This document shows positions 1-5,933 of a stretch of DNA of 32,569 nucleotides, in pieces. Positions within the stretch are counted from its first letter, which is position 1. Each line of letters opens with the position of its first letter. A model generated the notes under the pieces. It searched no databases. It had not been told where the DNA came from and saw nothing but the letters and a program-made list of their open reading frames with translations. A program made the translations under genes and the position numbers. The stretch is from positions 1 to 32,569 of IMG/VR virus record IMGVR_UViG_3300045988_173836. One strand, given 5' to 3'. Source of the DNA: a virus.

Positions 1-119
1 AGTTCTCCTTATGTTCTTGTTGTAACCATTTTGCCGTACCGTCAATACAGCAGTTTTAGTCAAACGAAACGATGCCGCTAAGGTTGTCACAAAACCCTTG
101 TTCGGGGTTATGCGCACAC
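1..119. repeat. Terminal direct repeat, copy 1 (exact duplicate of 32451..32569)
   Basis: Read directly: agttctccttatgttcttgttgtaacc...ggggttatgcgcacac occurs at both ends of the window, 119/119 identical. It contains the RBS of gene 32243..32446 and the 3' end of gene 56..193, so it is ordinary coding sequence duplicated by circular closure. Confidence 0.95.
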
Positions 120-193
120 ATCCCACATATCTTAAAAGTCAGCTTTGCCAACTCTTCGTTAGTCAGCGTTTCAAGCCATTGTCTATTTGTCAT
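56..193 (-). CDS. Small Cys-containing hypothetical protein (45 aa)
   Basis: Below the ORF-track cutoff and translated by hand: MTNRQWLETLTNEELAKLTFKICGMCAHNPEQGFCDNLSGIVSFD. GAGAGGT RBS lies 5 nt upstream of the ATG at 193. It shares the R-x-WLETLT-x-EE motif with ORF 787..1176. Confidence 0.45.
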   Translation of the reverse strand: MTNRQWLETLTNEELAKLTFKICGMCAHNPEQGFCDNLSGIVSFD

Positions 194-207
194 AATGTAC
201 CTCTCAT

Positions 208-750
208 TTACATCACCGCTTTCACATATTCAATTGCGCCGCGGTATTCTTTCAAAAACTGCGCATTATCGTGATGGGTTATTTCAACTTTTTTCGCAAA
301 TTGTTCAATTGTGCCAAAAAAACAACCGCACCGCACATATATTCCGCTCAACGTCTTAAAAAAGTATGTACAGCCTTTTCGGCTTCCTATACAGTCAATC
401 TTCATAACACGGTCAGCAACTTCGGACATATCCTCAATTTTGTGCTGATTTTCTAACGAACAACACTCACCGAACGAGCACCACTCACCGAACGAGCACC
501 ACTCACCGAACGAGCACCACTCACCGAACGAGCACCACTCACCGAACGAGCACCACTTACCGAACGAGCACCACTCACCGAACGAGCACCACTCACCGAA
601 CGAGCACCACTCACCGAACGAGCACCCTTTACCGAACGAGCAACACTCACCGAACGACTGTATATTGGTGTAATCGCCACTTGGACAAATTAGTCGCCCG
701 TTCTCAGCCCTTTCAAAAGTCTCTAAATCTTCAATTGTGTACTTTTTCAT
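208..750 (-). CDS. Hexapeptide-repeat protein, (SFGEWC)x11 core flanked by unique N- and C-terminal domains
   Basis: 180-aa ORF with AGGTGG RBS before the ATG at 750. The core is 11 consecutive C-S-F-G-E/K-W/C/G units. The C-terminal domain has further Cys pairs (DCIGSRKGCTYF...VRCGCFFGT). Function unknown. Confidence 0.75.
   Translation of the reverse strand: MKKYTIEDLETFERAENGRLICPSGDYTNIQSFGECCSFGKGCSFGEWCSFGEWCSFGEWCSFGKWCSFGEWCSFGEWCSFGEWCSFGEWCSFGECCSLENQHKIEDMSEVADRVMKIDCIGSRKGCTYFFKTLSGIYVRCGCFFGTIEQFAKKVEITHHDNAQFLKEYRGAIEYVKAVM
455..660. repeat. 18-bp tandem repeat array (unit tcaccgaacgagcaccac), about 10 full units plus partial ends
   Basis: Units start at 467, 485, 503, 521, 539, 557, 575, 593, 611 and 629. 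Most are identical; variants are ttac at 557, ccct at 625 and aacac at 641. The array is in frame and encodes the SFGEWC hexapeptides. Confidence 0.95.
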
Positions 751-786
751 AGTTCCACCTTTGCCCTTCTTTCGGGCTTTTATTTC

Positions 787-1176
787 TCATTTTGTCGCTT
801 CTTCCTTATGTTTTTGTTTAAGCCATTTAAGCCGCCCGTCACGACAGGACGGTTGCTTATGACATTTTTTTAGGTCGCCCTGTCCTACGCAACAATCGCA
901 GGAATACCACATCATACGTGTAAATTCTTCGTCAGTTAGTGTTTCGAGCCATTCTCTATTGGTAATTCTTCCGTCATCAGTCTCCTCATCACCGTGTGCT
1001 ATTAGCCATTCATGTATTGTTTCGCAGCAGCCTTTTATATGGTCACAATTCGTAAAAGCGGGACATTCATCGCAATTTAATGCTGTTTCCGCAAAACACG
1101 AAAGGCTGCTGTCCGTCCATTTTGTATTAACTATCGTTGTTTTAACCTTTTTCCAAAGTCGTTCTCTTTTAGTCAT
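787..1176 (-). CDS. Cys-rich hypothetical protein (129 aa)
   Basis: GGAGAG RBS. Many CxxC-like clusters (NCDECPAFTNCDHIKGCC, YSCDCCVGQG, KKCHKQPSC). Internal NREWLETLTDEEF motif is paralogous to ORF 56..193. Confidence 0.65.
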   Translation of the reverse strand: MTKRERLWKKVKTTIVNTKWTDSSLSCFAETALNCDECPAFTNCDHIKGCCETIHEWLIAHGDEETDDGRITNREWLETLTDEEFTRMMWYSCDCCVGQGDLKKCHKQPSCRDGRLKWLKQKHKEEATK

Positions 1177-1319
1177 TATGTCTCACTCTCCAAAAACTTC
1201 TGTGCCATTGCGTCAATATCCAGCTTCTTGTTTCATTTCATTTTCGTCGGCAGTGTAGGTAAAATTTGCCACTTCAAACTTGAATACTTTTACTTTTTTT
1301 CATTTTCATTACTCCCTGT

Positions 1320-1664
1320 TTAATTTTCTTGAAGAATTTTATCAATTGATTTTTTGTAAAACTCTAAAATTGCTTTAATTTTGTTTATGCAAGCTTCCCA
1401 CCCATCGGCGGTATATTCAAAGTTGTAAGCGTATTTATTACCTGCAAGCTCGAAACAAAAGCCTTTTCTTTCGTGTCGCCGATTGCGCACAATGAATATA
1501 CCGTTTATAAGTTCGGCATAAGCGTCGTGGAAAATAACAATTTTGAGGTTTAATCTTTCACCAAATTTAGCTTCGCCATCGTCATTTACTCCGTTATACC
1601 GAGTCTGCGCAAAAACGCAGTAGCCTTTTTCAATTTCCTCGAATGTCGGAAACAAACCGTTCAT
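1320..1664 (-). CDS. Hypothetical protein (114 aa)
   Basis: The track ORF 1320..1736 is trimmed to the ATG at 1664, which forms an ATGA overlap with the stop of the upstream gene and follows a GGAGGAAAG RBS. Starts MNGLFPTFEEIEKGY. Confidence 0.6.
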   Translation of the reverse strand: MNGLFPTFEEIEKGYCVFAQTRYNGVNDDGEAKFGERLNLKIVIFHDAYAELINGIFIVRNRRHERKGFCFELAGNKYAYNFEYTADGWEACINKIKAILEFYKKSIDKILQEN

Positions 1665-2035
1665 TTTCTTTCCTCCAACTCCTCCAACGCTTTTTTGGCG
1701 GCTTCTTTTGTAAAGTAAATCTCGTTCAAATACCACCCTGCGCCGTCACAGTCTATGATATAAAAACCATAATCGCAAATTCTTATTTGTTTGACTTTTT
1801 CTTCCACAATCTCATCACCGGAGTGTTTATTCAATATCCACCAAAATTCGTCGCCGACCTTACAAGGCAGAAAAGCCAATGTGCCGTTTTCGATTGCATT
1901 TTCTAACTCGTATAAACGGTCAACGTGTCTCATTACAATGTCTACCGTCTGTTCATTACTGCTATCAGTACTCATACACGGTCTTTGTAGTTCTTCGCCC
2001 CATACTGTCAACCGCTTGTAGTCTTTATTTGTCAT
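1661..2035 (-). CDS. Hypothetical protein (124 aa)
   Basis: AGGAGG RBS 6 nt before the ATG at 2035. No recognisable motifs. Confidence 0.65.
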   Translation of the reverse strand: MTNKDYKRLTVWGEELQRPCMSTDSSNEQTVDIVMRHVDRLYELENAIENGTLAFLPCKVGDEFWWILNKHSGDEIVEEKVKQIRICDYGFYIIDCDGAGWYLNEIYFTKEAAKKALEELEERK

Positions 2036-2074
2036 ATTTGCCCTCCTACAATATAATCAATATTCCTGTTACTA

Positions 2075-2272
2075 CTATTTTTCCAACGCTAAATACGTTG
2101 TTTGTCCGTACTTATCGGTTGCCACCACCGCCACGGCATTTTCGCACATATACTCGTCGCACATACACGTTCCGTCAGAAGCAAGACTTCGGCAATATAC
2201 CACATTTCCGTCGTGTTTGCATATTACCCTCAGTTTCTTGTATTGCCAGCCCCTAAAGATGTATTTTTTCAT
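2075..2272 (-). CDS. Hypothetical protein (65 aa)
   Basis: The track ORF is trimmed to MKKYIFRGWQ, which is preceded by GGAGGAAG. Cys-containing (CRSLASDGTCMCDEYMC). Confidence 0.55.
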   Translation of the reverse strand: MKKYIFRGWQYKKLRVICKHDGNVVYCRSLASDGTCMCDEYMCENAVAVVATDKYGQTTYLALEK

Positions 2273-2293
2273 CGTTTCGCTTCCTCCCAAACT

Positions 2294-2479
2294 TCATAGA
2301 GTTTGCCCTTTCTTTGCAAGCACTTTTTCGCAAAATTCCTTTTCTTTTTCGTTGATGTCGTACACGATTTCTGTGTGTAGTTTGTCAATTCGTTCTTGGC
2401 TGACGATTTTGTCTGTCGGCGTTGATTTGACCTTTGCACCCAGTGCGTAGTTGTTTACGATAAACTTCACTTTACTCAT
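2294..2479 (-). CDS. Hypothetical protein (61 aa)
   Basis: Minus-strand ORF in the operon context. The start overlaps the end region of the upstream gene. Confidence 0.5.
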   Translation of the reverse strand: MSKVKFIVNNYALGAKVKSTPTDKIVSQERIDKLHTEIVYDINEKEKEFCEKVLAKKGQTL

Positions 2480-2483
2480 ACTT

Positions 2484-2651
2484 CTACCCCTGCACTTCCG
2501 CCGCTTCCGTGAAGTCCTTGTAGTCTTTCAGTTCGCCGTCCACCGTGATAAGTACGTATTTGCCGTATGCGCTCACAGGCTCAAAGCCTTGCGCTTCAAG
2601 CCAGTCGTGTGCCGCATTGTGTCTTTTAAGCCTTTCCAAAAGTTTGCTCAT
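2484..2651 (-). CDS. Hypothetical protein (55 aa)
   Basis: Trimmed to the ATG at 2651, which forms an ATGA overlap with the stop of 2648..2833. Starts MSKLLERLKRHNAAHDWLEAQG. Confidence 0.5.
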   Translation of the reverse strand: MSKLLERLKRHNAAHDWLEAQGFEPVSAYGKYVLITVDGELKDYKDFTEAAEVQG

Positions 2652-2833
2652 TCCCACTCCCCCTTGTCGTCGCAATCGTCGCCGGCGTCGCCGATTTCCG
2701 TACAGTCAACATCTTCAACGTTTGCGCACAGCTCGTCCATTGTTATTTCGTCGAATTTGTCCAACGCTTCCGTTTCGTCGGAGGCTTCGACAAAAACAAC
2801 GCCCGTCATTTGGTACTTCATTTCAAATTTCAT
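2648..2833 (-). CDS. Acidic hypothetical protein (61 aa)
   Basis: AGGAAG RBS. Strongly acidic (DETEALDKFDEITMDEL...DAGDDCDDKGEWE). Confidence 0.55.
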   Translation of the reverse strand: MKFEMKYQMTGVVFVEASDETEALDKFDEITMDELCANVEDVDCTEIGDAGDDCDDKGEWE

Positions 2834-2847
2834 AATACACTTCCTTT

Positions 2848-2869
2848 GCCTACGTTTAGCCGCGTAGGC
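2848..2869 (-). promoter_or_regulatory. Intergenic stem-loop (7-bp perfect stem GCCTACG/CGTAGGC, 8-nt loop)
   Basis: Read directly in the 42-nt gap between the genes at 2876 and 2833. No U-run follows on the coding strand, so a processing or stability element is more likely than a terminator. Confidence 0.35.
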
Positions 2870-2875
2870 GCGGTT

Positions 2876-3076
2876 TTAATCGTTTTCGTGTGCGTGTTCG
2901 TAAAAGGCTTCCGCCACGGCTTGTTGCACCGCCTTGTAGTACTCAGGGTCGTTAAATAGCCTGCGCAAACCGATTTGCAACTCTATGACTTTACGCTGTT
3001 CAGGCGTAAATGCCGATTTGCTTTCTTCGCTCATTGTTTCGTAAACATCCAAAAACTGCTCACGTTCGTTTTTCAT
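2876..3076 (-). CDS. Hypothetical protein (66 aa), first gene after promoter P3
   Basis: GGAGGGAG RBS. It is the first ORF downstream of the consensus promoter at 3122..3150. Confidence 0.6.
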   Translation of the reverse strand: MKNEREQFLDVYETMSEESKSAFTPEQRKVIELQIGLRRLFNDPEYYKAVQQAVAEAFYEHAHEND

Positions 3077-3121
3077 AGTTATTCTCCCTCCGGGTGTTCC
3101 CCGTTCCTTGATTACACCCTT

Positions 3122-3150
3122 ATTATACTACGCTTGTTGGCTGTTGTCAA
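3122..3150 (-). promoter_or_regulatory. Sigma70-type promoter P3: TTGACA-17 nt-TATAAT (perfect consensus)
   Basis: The minus strand reads cagTTGACAacagccaacaagcgtagTATAATaaggg in the 102-nt intergenic gap. An A/T-rich tract lies upstream (aaaaaactcaaaaaaacttctttcaaa). Confidence 0.7.
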
Positions 3151-3178
3151 CTGTTTGAAAGAAGTTTTTTTGAGTTTT

Positions 3179-3478
3179 TTAGACAGTCAAAGATGGGAAT
3201 ATTACTATCGGCTTTTCACCGTCGCACACCGTACAATTGACCGCCGTCATAGTTCCGTTTTTGAATTTCACTCCGATGTCAACGATTACGTCGTATAAAG
3301 CGTCAAATCTTATAATTTTGTAGTCGTCGGTATATTCTCGTCCGACAAAATCTCGACCTATCTTTTCTATTCTTAGCCCGATAGCGGTTGTCGCTTCGGT
3401 AGAATAGCCGCCTTTGGCAAGCGTGGCGGTGGTCTTAAACGCCAAGTCTGTAAATTTTTTCGTTGCTTTAATCTCCAT
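3179..3478 (-). CDS. Hypothetical protein (99 aa)
   Basis: The track ORF 3179..3544 is trimmed to MEIKATKKFTD, giving an 11-nt overlap with the upstream gene. Confidence 0.5.
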   Translation of the reverse strand: MEIKATKKFTDLAFKTTATLAKGGYSTEATTAIGLRIEKIGRDFVGREYTDDYKIIRFDALYDVIVDIGVKFKNGTMTAVNCTVCDGEKPIVIFPSLTV

Positions 3479-3845
3479 AAATACGCCCCGCCTCTTCCCA
3501 AACTTTGTCCGCCAGGATAAGCAACACGTCTGTAATTGCCGCACTTTTTTGCGGATAATAAGGTCGCCAAACGCCTATTTTAATGCTGTAACCAAGGTTT
3601 TGAACGTTTTTCCCGACAACTGCATTTTTCGCATATTCCACAAATGCCAAGTAAACGACAGCCGTCGTGGCTTTGAAACAAAAGTAACAAAGCCCCAAAC
3701 ACAAAACGAGTATTTGCCACCATTCGCAGCCACAATCTGCAAGACAGCACATAATAAAAATTATAACGCCGCACATAATTAAGCTGAACACCAACTGGGC
3801 TATCGCCAGCCATACGCTTGTTTTTGTTATTTCGATTTCAATCAT
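3468..3845 (-). CDS. Membrane protein, about 3 TM segments (125 aa), Cys-rich
   Basis: Hydrophobic stretches WLAIAQLVFSLIMCGVIIFIMCCL, WWQILVLCLGLCYFCF and AVVYLAFV. ATGA overlap with the upstream small ORF. Confidence 0.6.
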   Translation of the reverse strand: MIEIEITKTSVWLAIAQLVFSLIMCGVIIFIMCCLADCGCEWWQILVLCLGLCYFCFKATTAVVYLAFVEYAKNAVVGKNVQNLGYSIKIGVWRPYYPQKSAAITDVLLILADKVWEEAGRIYGD

Positions 3846-4000
3846 TGCTCGTCATTTTCCTTTTTAATTTCTATTTTCCATTTTCGCCCGTAAGTATCTG
3901 TCCATTCGGGCATTCTGACTTCTTCGACTTTTGCTGTTTTCTTTCCTTTCGCAATGGTCAATAATCCGTATTCAATAGCGTCTAAATAGTCTTGTGTCAT
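3842..4000 (-). CDS. Small hypothetical protein (52 aa)
   Basis: Below the track cutoff and translated by hand: MTQDYLDAIEYGLLTIAKGKKTAKVEEVRMPEWTDTYGRKWKIEIKKENDEQ. ATGA overlaps at both ends. GGTGGTGA RBS. Confidence 0.5.
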   Translation of the reverse strand: MTQDYLDAIEYGLLTIAKGKKTAKVEEVRMPEWTDTYGRKWKIEIKKENDEQ

Positions 4001-4203
4001 TCTTCCGTCACCACCTTTTCCAAAACTTTATACCAACATTCGGTCGGGTTGCACAAATCGTTGCAATATTCTTCCGCCGTGCAAAAGTCCGCAACCTCGT
4101 CAATAAAGTGGCAACTATCGCAAGGCGGTTCGCCTTGTCCGAGCCGTTTTGCTATTTTACGCAACATTTCGTCTTTTGCTACCATAATTTCATTTTCTGT
4201 CAT
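3997..4203 (-). CDS. Cys-rich hypothetical protein (68 aa)
   Basis: Trimmed to the ATG at 4203, 6 nt after GAGGTG. Contains PPCDSCHF...FCTAEEYCNDLCNPTEC. Confidence 0.55.
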   Translation of the reverse strand: MTENEIMVAKDEMLRKIAKRLGQGEPPCDSCHFIDEVADFCTAEEYCNDLCNPTECWYKVLEKVVTEE

Positions 4204-4213
4204 TTTGTTCACC

Positions 4214-4435
4214 TCACTTATTTTTAACTGTTTGCGGTATTTGCTTTAACGATGTATGCCTTATACTTTCTCCGCAACAAGGGCAAATAACATATTGACA
4301 TATGCCGCGGCTTCCATCGGGAGGAATTATGACTTCTTTATTTTCGACTTCTTGTTCGTCATACACAAACTCACAGTCACACACGTTGCAAGTTGTTTTG
4401 TATACAAATTTTCCCGTTTTGATTATTTTCTTCAT
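4214..4435 (-). CDS. Putative zinc-ribbon protein (73 aa)
   Basis: Trimmed to MKKIIKTGKF (ATGA overlap with the MTase stop). Two Cys pairs, CNVCDC...CPCCG, are typical of a zinc ribbon. Confidence 0.55.
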   Translation of the reverse strand: MKKIIKTGKFVYKTTCNVCDCEFVYDEQEVENKEVIIPPDGSRGICQYVICPCCGESIRHTSLKQIPQTVKNK

Positions 4436-4857
4436 TTTGTCACCTCTCTTATCTTTTCTTCCCAATCTACATCGAGCATTTGTCCGAACAATGCCATTAA
4501 GCACGTTGTTACAATGCTGTCGCCGGCGAGATGATACAACTTGCTTTTAGACTGATTGGGACTTATTTTGTCAAAATCTTCGTCTTTTACACCCATAAGT
4601 CGGAAACATTCGCGTTCAGTGAGTTTACGTATATGATAATTCGATAAATCCTGATTTTGTGCAAGTTGCATATTTTCTTCCATTGCAGGACATATATAAT
4701 CGCTCGTATCAGCTCGTGAACATCCCTCACGTGTTGTTTTTGAACACGCTATCGTTCGGTTGATTTTAAGATTTTCGACACTTACTTTGTACTTGTCGTT
4801 TGCCGAAACTATGTATCGTTTCATCGTATTCGATAGTTCATATATCTTTGTTTCCAA
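4432..4857 (-). CDS. C5-MTase C-terminal fragment (motifs IX and X)
   Basis: RKLTERECFRLMGV (motif IX) and YHLAGDSIVTTCL (motif X). The track start is a TTG just after the G9 tract. The frame is closed by a TAG immediately upstream of the tract. Confidence 0.8.
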   Translation of the reverse strand: METKIYELSNTMKRYIVSANDKYKVSVENLKINRTIACSKTTREGCSRADTSDYICPAMEENMQLAQNQDLSNYHIRKLTERECFRLMGVKDEDFDKISPNQSKSKLYHLAGDSIVTTCLMALFGQMLDVDWEEKIREVTK

Positions 4858-4861
4858 GTTG

Positions 4862-4870
4862 CCCCCCCCC
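4862..4870. repeat. C9 homopolymer (G9 on coding strand), downstream tract
   Basis: Read directly: g ccccccccc tacgg. Confidence 0.95.
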
Positions 4871-4996
4871 TACGGTATGTTGCGTTGGCGCACACCCCTC
4901 AATGTCGTAAACTCGCCTTGTTTGGTCGTGCAACGTTTCGTACTTGCCGCCCAACATTCCTACGCATATACAGCGTTTTGTTTGTTCTATCACAGC
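4871..4996 (-). CDS. C5-MTase TRD-core segment, open only in the -1 frame relative to the flanking fragments
   Basis: Hand translation: AVIEQTKRCICVGMLGGKYETLHDQTRRVYDIEGCAPTQHTV followed by GGG. The RVY..G..PT pattern is typical of Dcm-family target-recognition domains. Confidence 0.65.
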
Positions 4997-5925
4997 CCCC
5001 CCCCGTCGTTAGGAATAAACGCAAAGCCTTGCCCTTTTTCCTTACATTCTTCCGTGTGTTTAATAAAGTACTGCAATATTTTTTCGGACAAATAATAGTT
5101 TTCAGACACGTTATCTTCAAGCAAATCACGCAACTTACGGGTATTGCCAATTTTTTTCGGAAAATTATAAAAGTGGTCGCCGAGAACGCTTACCATAAAA
5201 CAACGCTGACGATTTTGCGGAACGGCGTAATCTGTTGCGTTTATAACTTCCCATTTAGAGTGATAGCCTAAACTGTCGAGAAACGCTATCCACTCGGCGA
5301 AAGCACCGATGTTCTTCTTGCCAATAACTTGCGAAACGTTTTCCATTAGCAACACTTGTGGCAGTTCTGTGGTTTCTTTAAGCAATCTCTCAACTTCCCA
5401 AAGCAACCCACTACGTGTGCCGCTGCCCTTTTCCATCCCCTTTTGCAGTCCGGCATTGCTCAAATCTTGGCAAGGGAACGAGTATGTCATAATGTAACAG
5501 TACTTGTCCGTATCAACCACGCCAAGGTCTTTGCCTTTCGCATTTACGATTGACACCAAATTGTGCGCCGACTTTATGTTGTTGTAAATTGTCCGCAACT
5601 TTTGCTCACCGTATCGGTTGATTTTGTCCGCAGACAACGGCTCGTTATAATCTGCGCTTATTCCCAATTTCGCAAGTTCCGCAACAACTTCTTGTTTGCC
5701 CATACCGTCCGAGTAGTCCGTCGTATCTTCCGCAAAATGCAAATCGTGCAACGCCTGAATTGACGGTATCGCCCATTCGCAAGTACGGTAATGCTCAAAC
5801 GGAACACCGAGATACTTTAACGCCAACGCCTGGCTGTCATAGCCGCTAAAAAGCGTTATCAGACGTATAGGCTTGTCGATTTTGAACGGCTGTTCGCCGT
5901 CAAATATGCTCATTTGGTAAGTCAT
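4990..5925 (-). CDS. C5-MTase N-terminal fragment (motifs I-VIII)
   Basis: LFSGYDSQ (I), SFPCQDLSNAG (IV), LLMENV (VI), QNRQRCFMV (VIII). Start moved to the ATG at 5925 after GAGGGG. Ends NDGGGL-stop right after the G9 tract. Confidence 0.85.
   Translation of the reverse strand: MTYQMSIFDGEQPFKIDKPIRLITLFSGYDSQALALKYLGVPFEHYRTCEWAIPSIQALHDLHFAEDTTDYSDGMGKQEVVAELAKLGISADYNEPLSADKINRYGEQKLRTIYNNIKSAHNLVSIVNAKGKDLGVVDTDKYCYIMTYSFPCQDLSNAGLQKGMEKGSGTRSGLLWEVERLLKETTELPQVLLMENVSQVIGKKNIGAFAEWIAFLDSLGYHSKWEVINATDYAVPQNRQRCFMVSVLGDHFYNFPKKIGNTRKLRDLLEDNVSENYYLSEKILQYFIKHTEECKEKGQGFAFIPNDGGGL
4996..5004. repeat. C9 homopolymer (G9 on coding strand), upstream tract
   Basis: Read directly: cacag ccccccccc gtcg. 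Confidence 0.95.
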
Positions 5926-5933
5926 TTTTCCCC

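Larger units (their letters stand above)
4432..5925 (-). pseudogene. DNA (cytosine-5)-methyltransferase, reading frame interrupted at two G9 tracts as assembled
   Basis: Motifs I, IV, VI and VIII are in ORF 4990..5925. The TRD core is in the -1 frame of 4871..4996. Motifs IX and X are in ORF 4432..4857. See the corresponding finding. Confidence 0.8.

Noticed and set aside
453-680. Alternative-frame ORF across the tandem array (75 aa, ARSVSG repeats), and the idea that the 18-bp repeats form a CRISPR array.
   Set aside because: The repeats are contiguous with no spacers, so this is not a CRISPR array. The SFGEWC frame (208..750) has an RBS and unique flanking domains at both ends, whereas the ARSVSG frame exists only inside the repeats.
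751-786. A short GCCC-gaaagaa-GGGC hairpin between genes 787..1176 and 208..750, considered as a possible terminator.
   Set aside because: It has only a 4-bp stem and no U-run, and it sits within a 36-nt gap that also holds the RBS. That is too weak to call.
1177-1319. A possible frameshifted small gene in the 143-nt gap. ATG-AAA-ATG followed by an A7 run gives a 9-11-aa ORF as written. With A6 it would read MKMKKVKVFKFEVANFTYTADENEMKQEAGY.
   Set aside because: This is only a 31-aa hypothetical product that needs an assumed indel, and I have no independent support. It is noted as a place to inspect reads at the A7 run (about 1293..1299), not as a feature.
4871-4995. Whether the 125-nt segment between the two G9 tracts is an inserted element (an intron, an intein remnant or a mobile insertion) that splits the MTase.
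   Set aside because: In the -1 frame the segment encodes the expected TRD core of the methyltransferase itself. It is therefore native gene sequence in a shifted frame, not an insertion.
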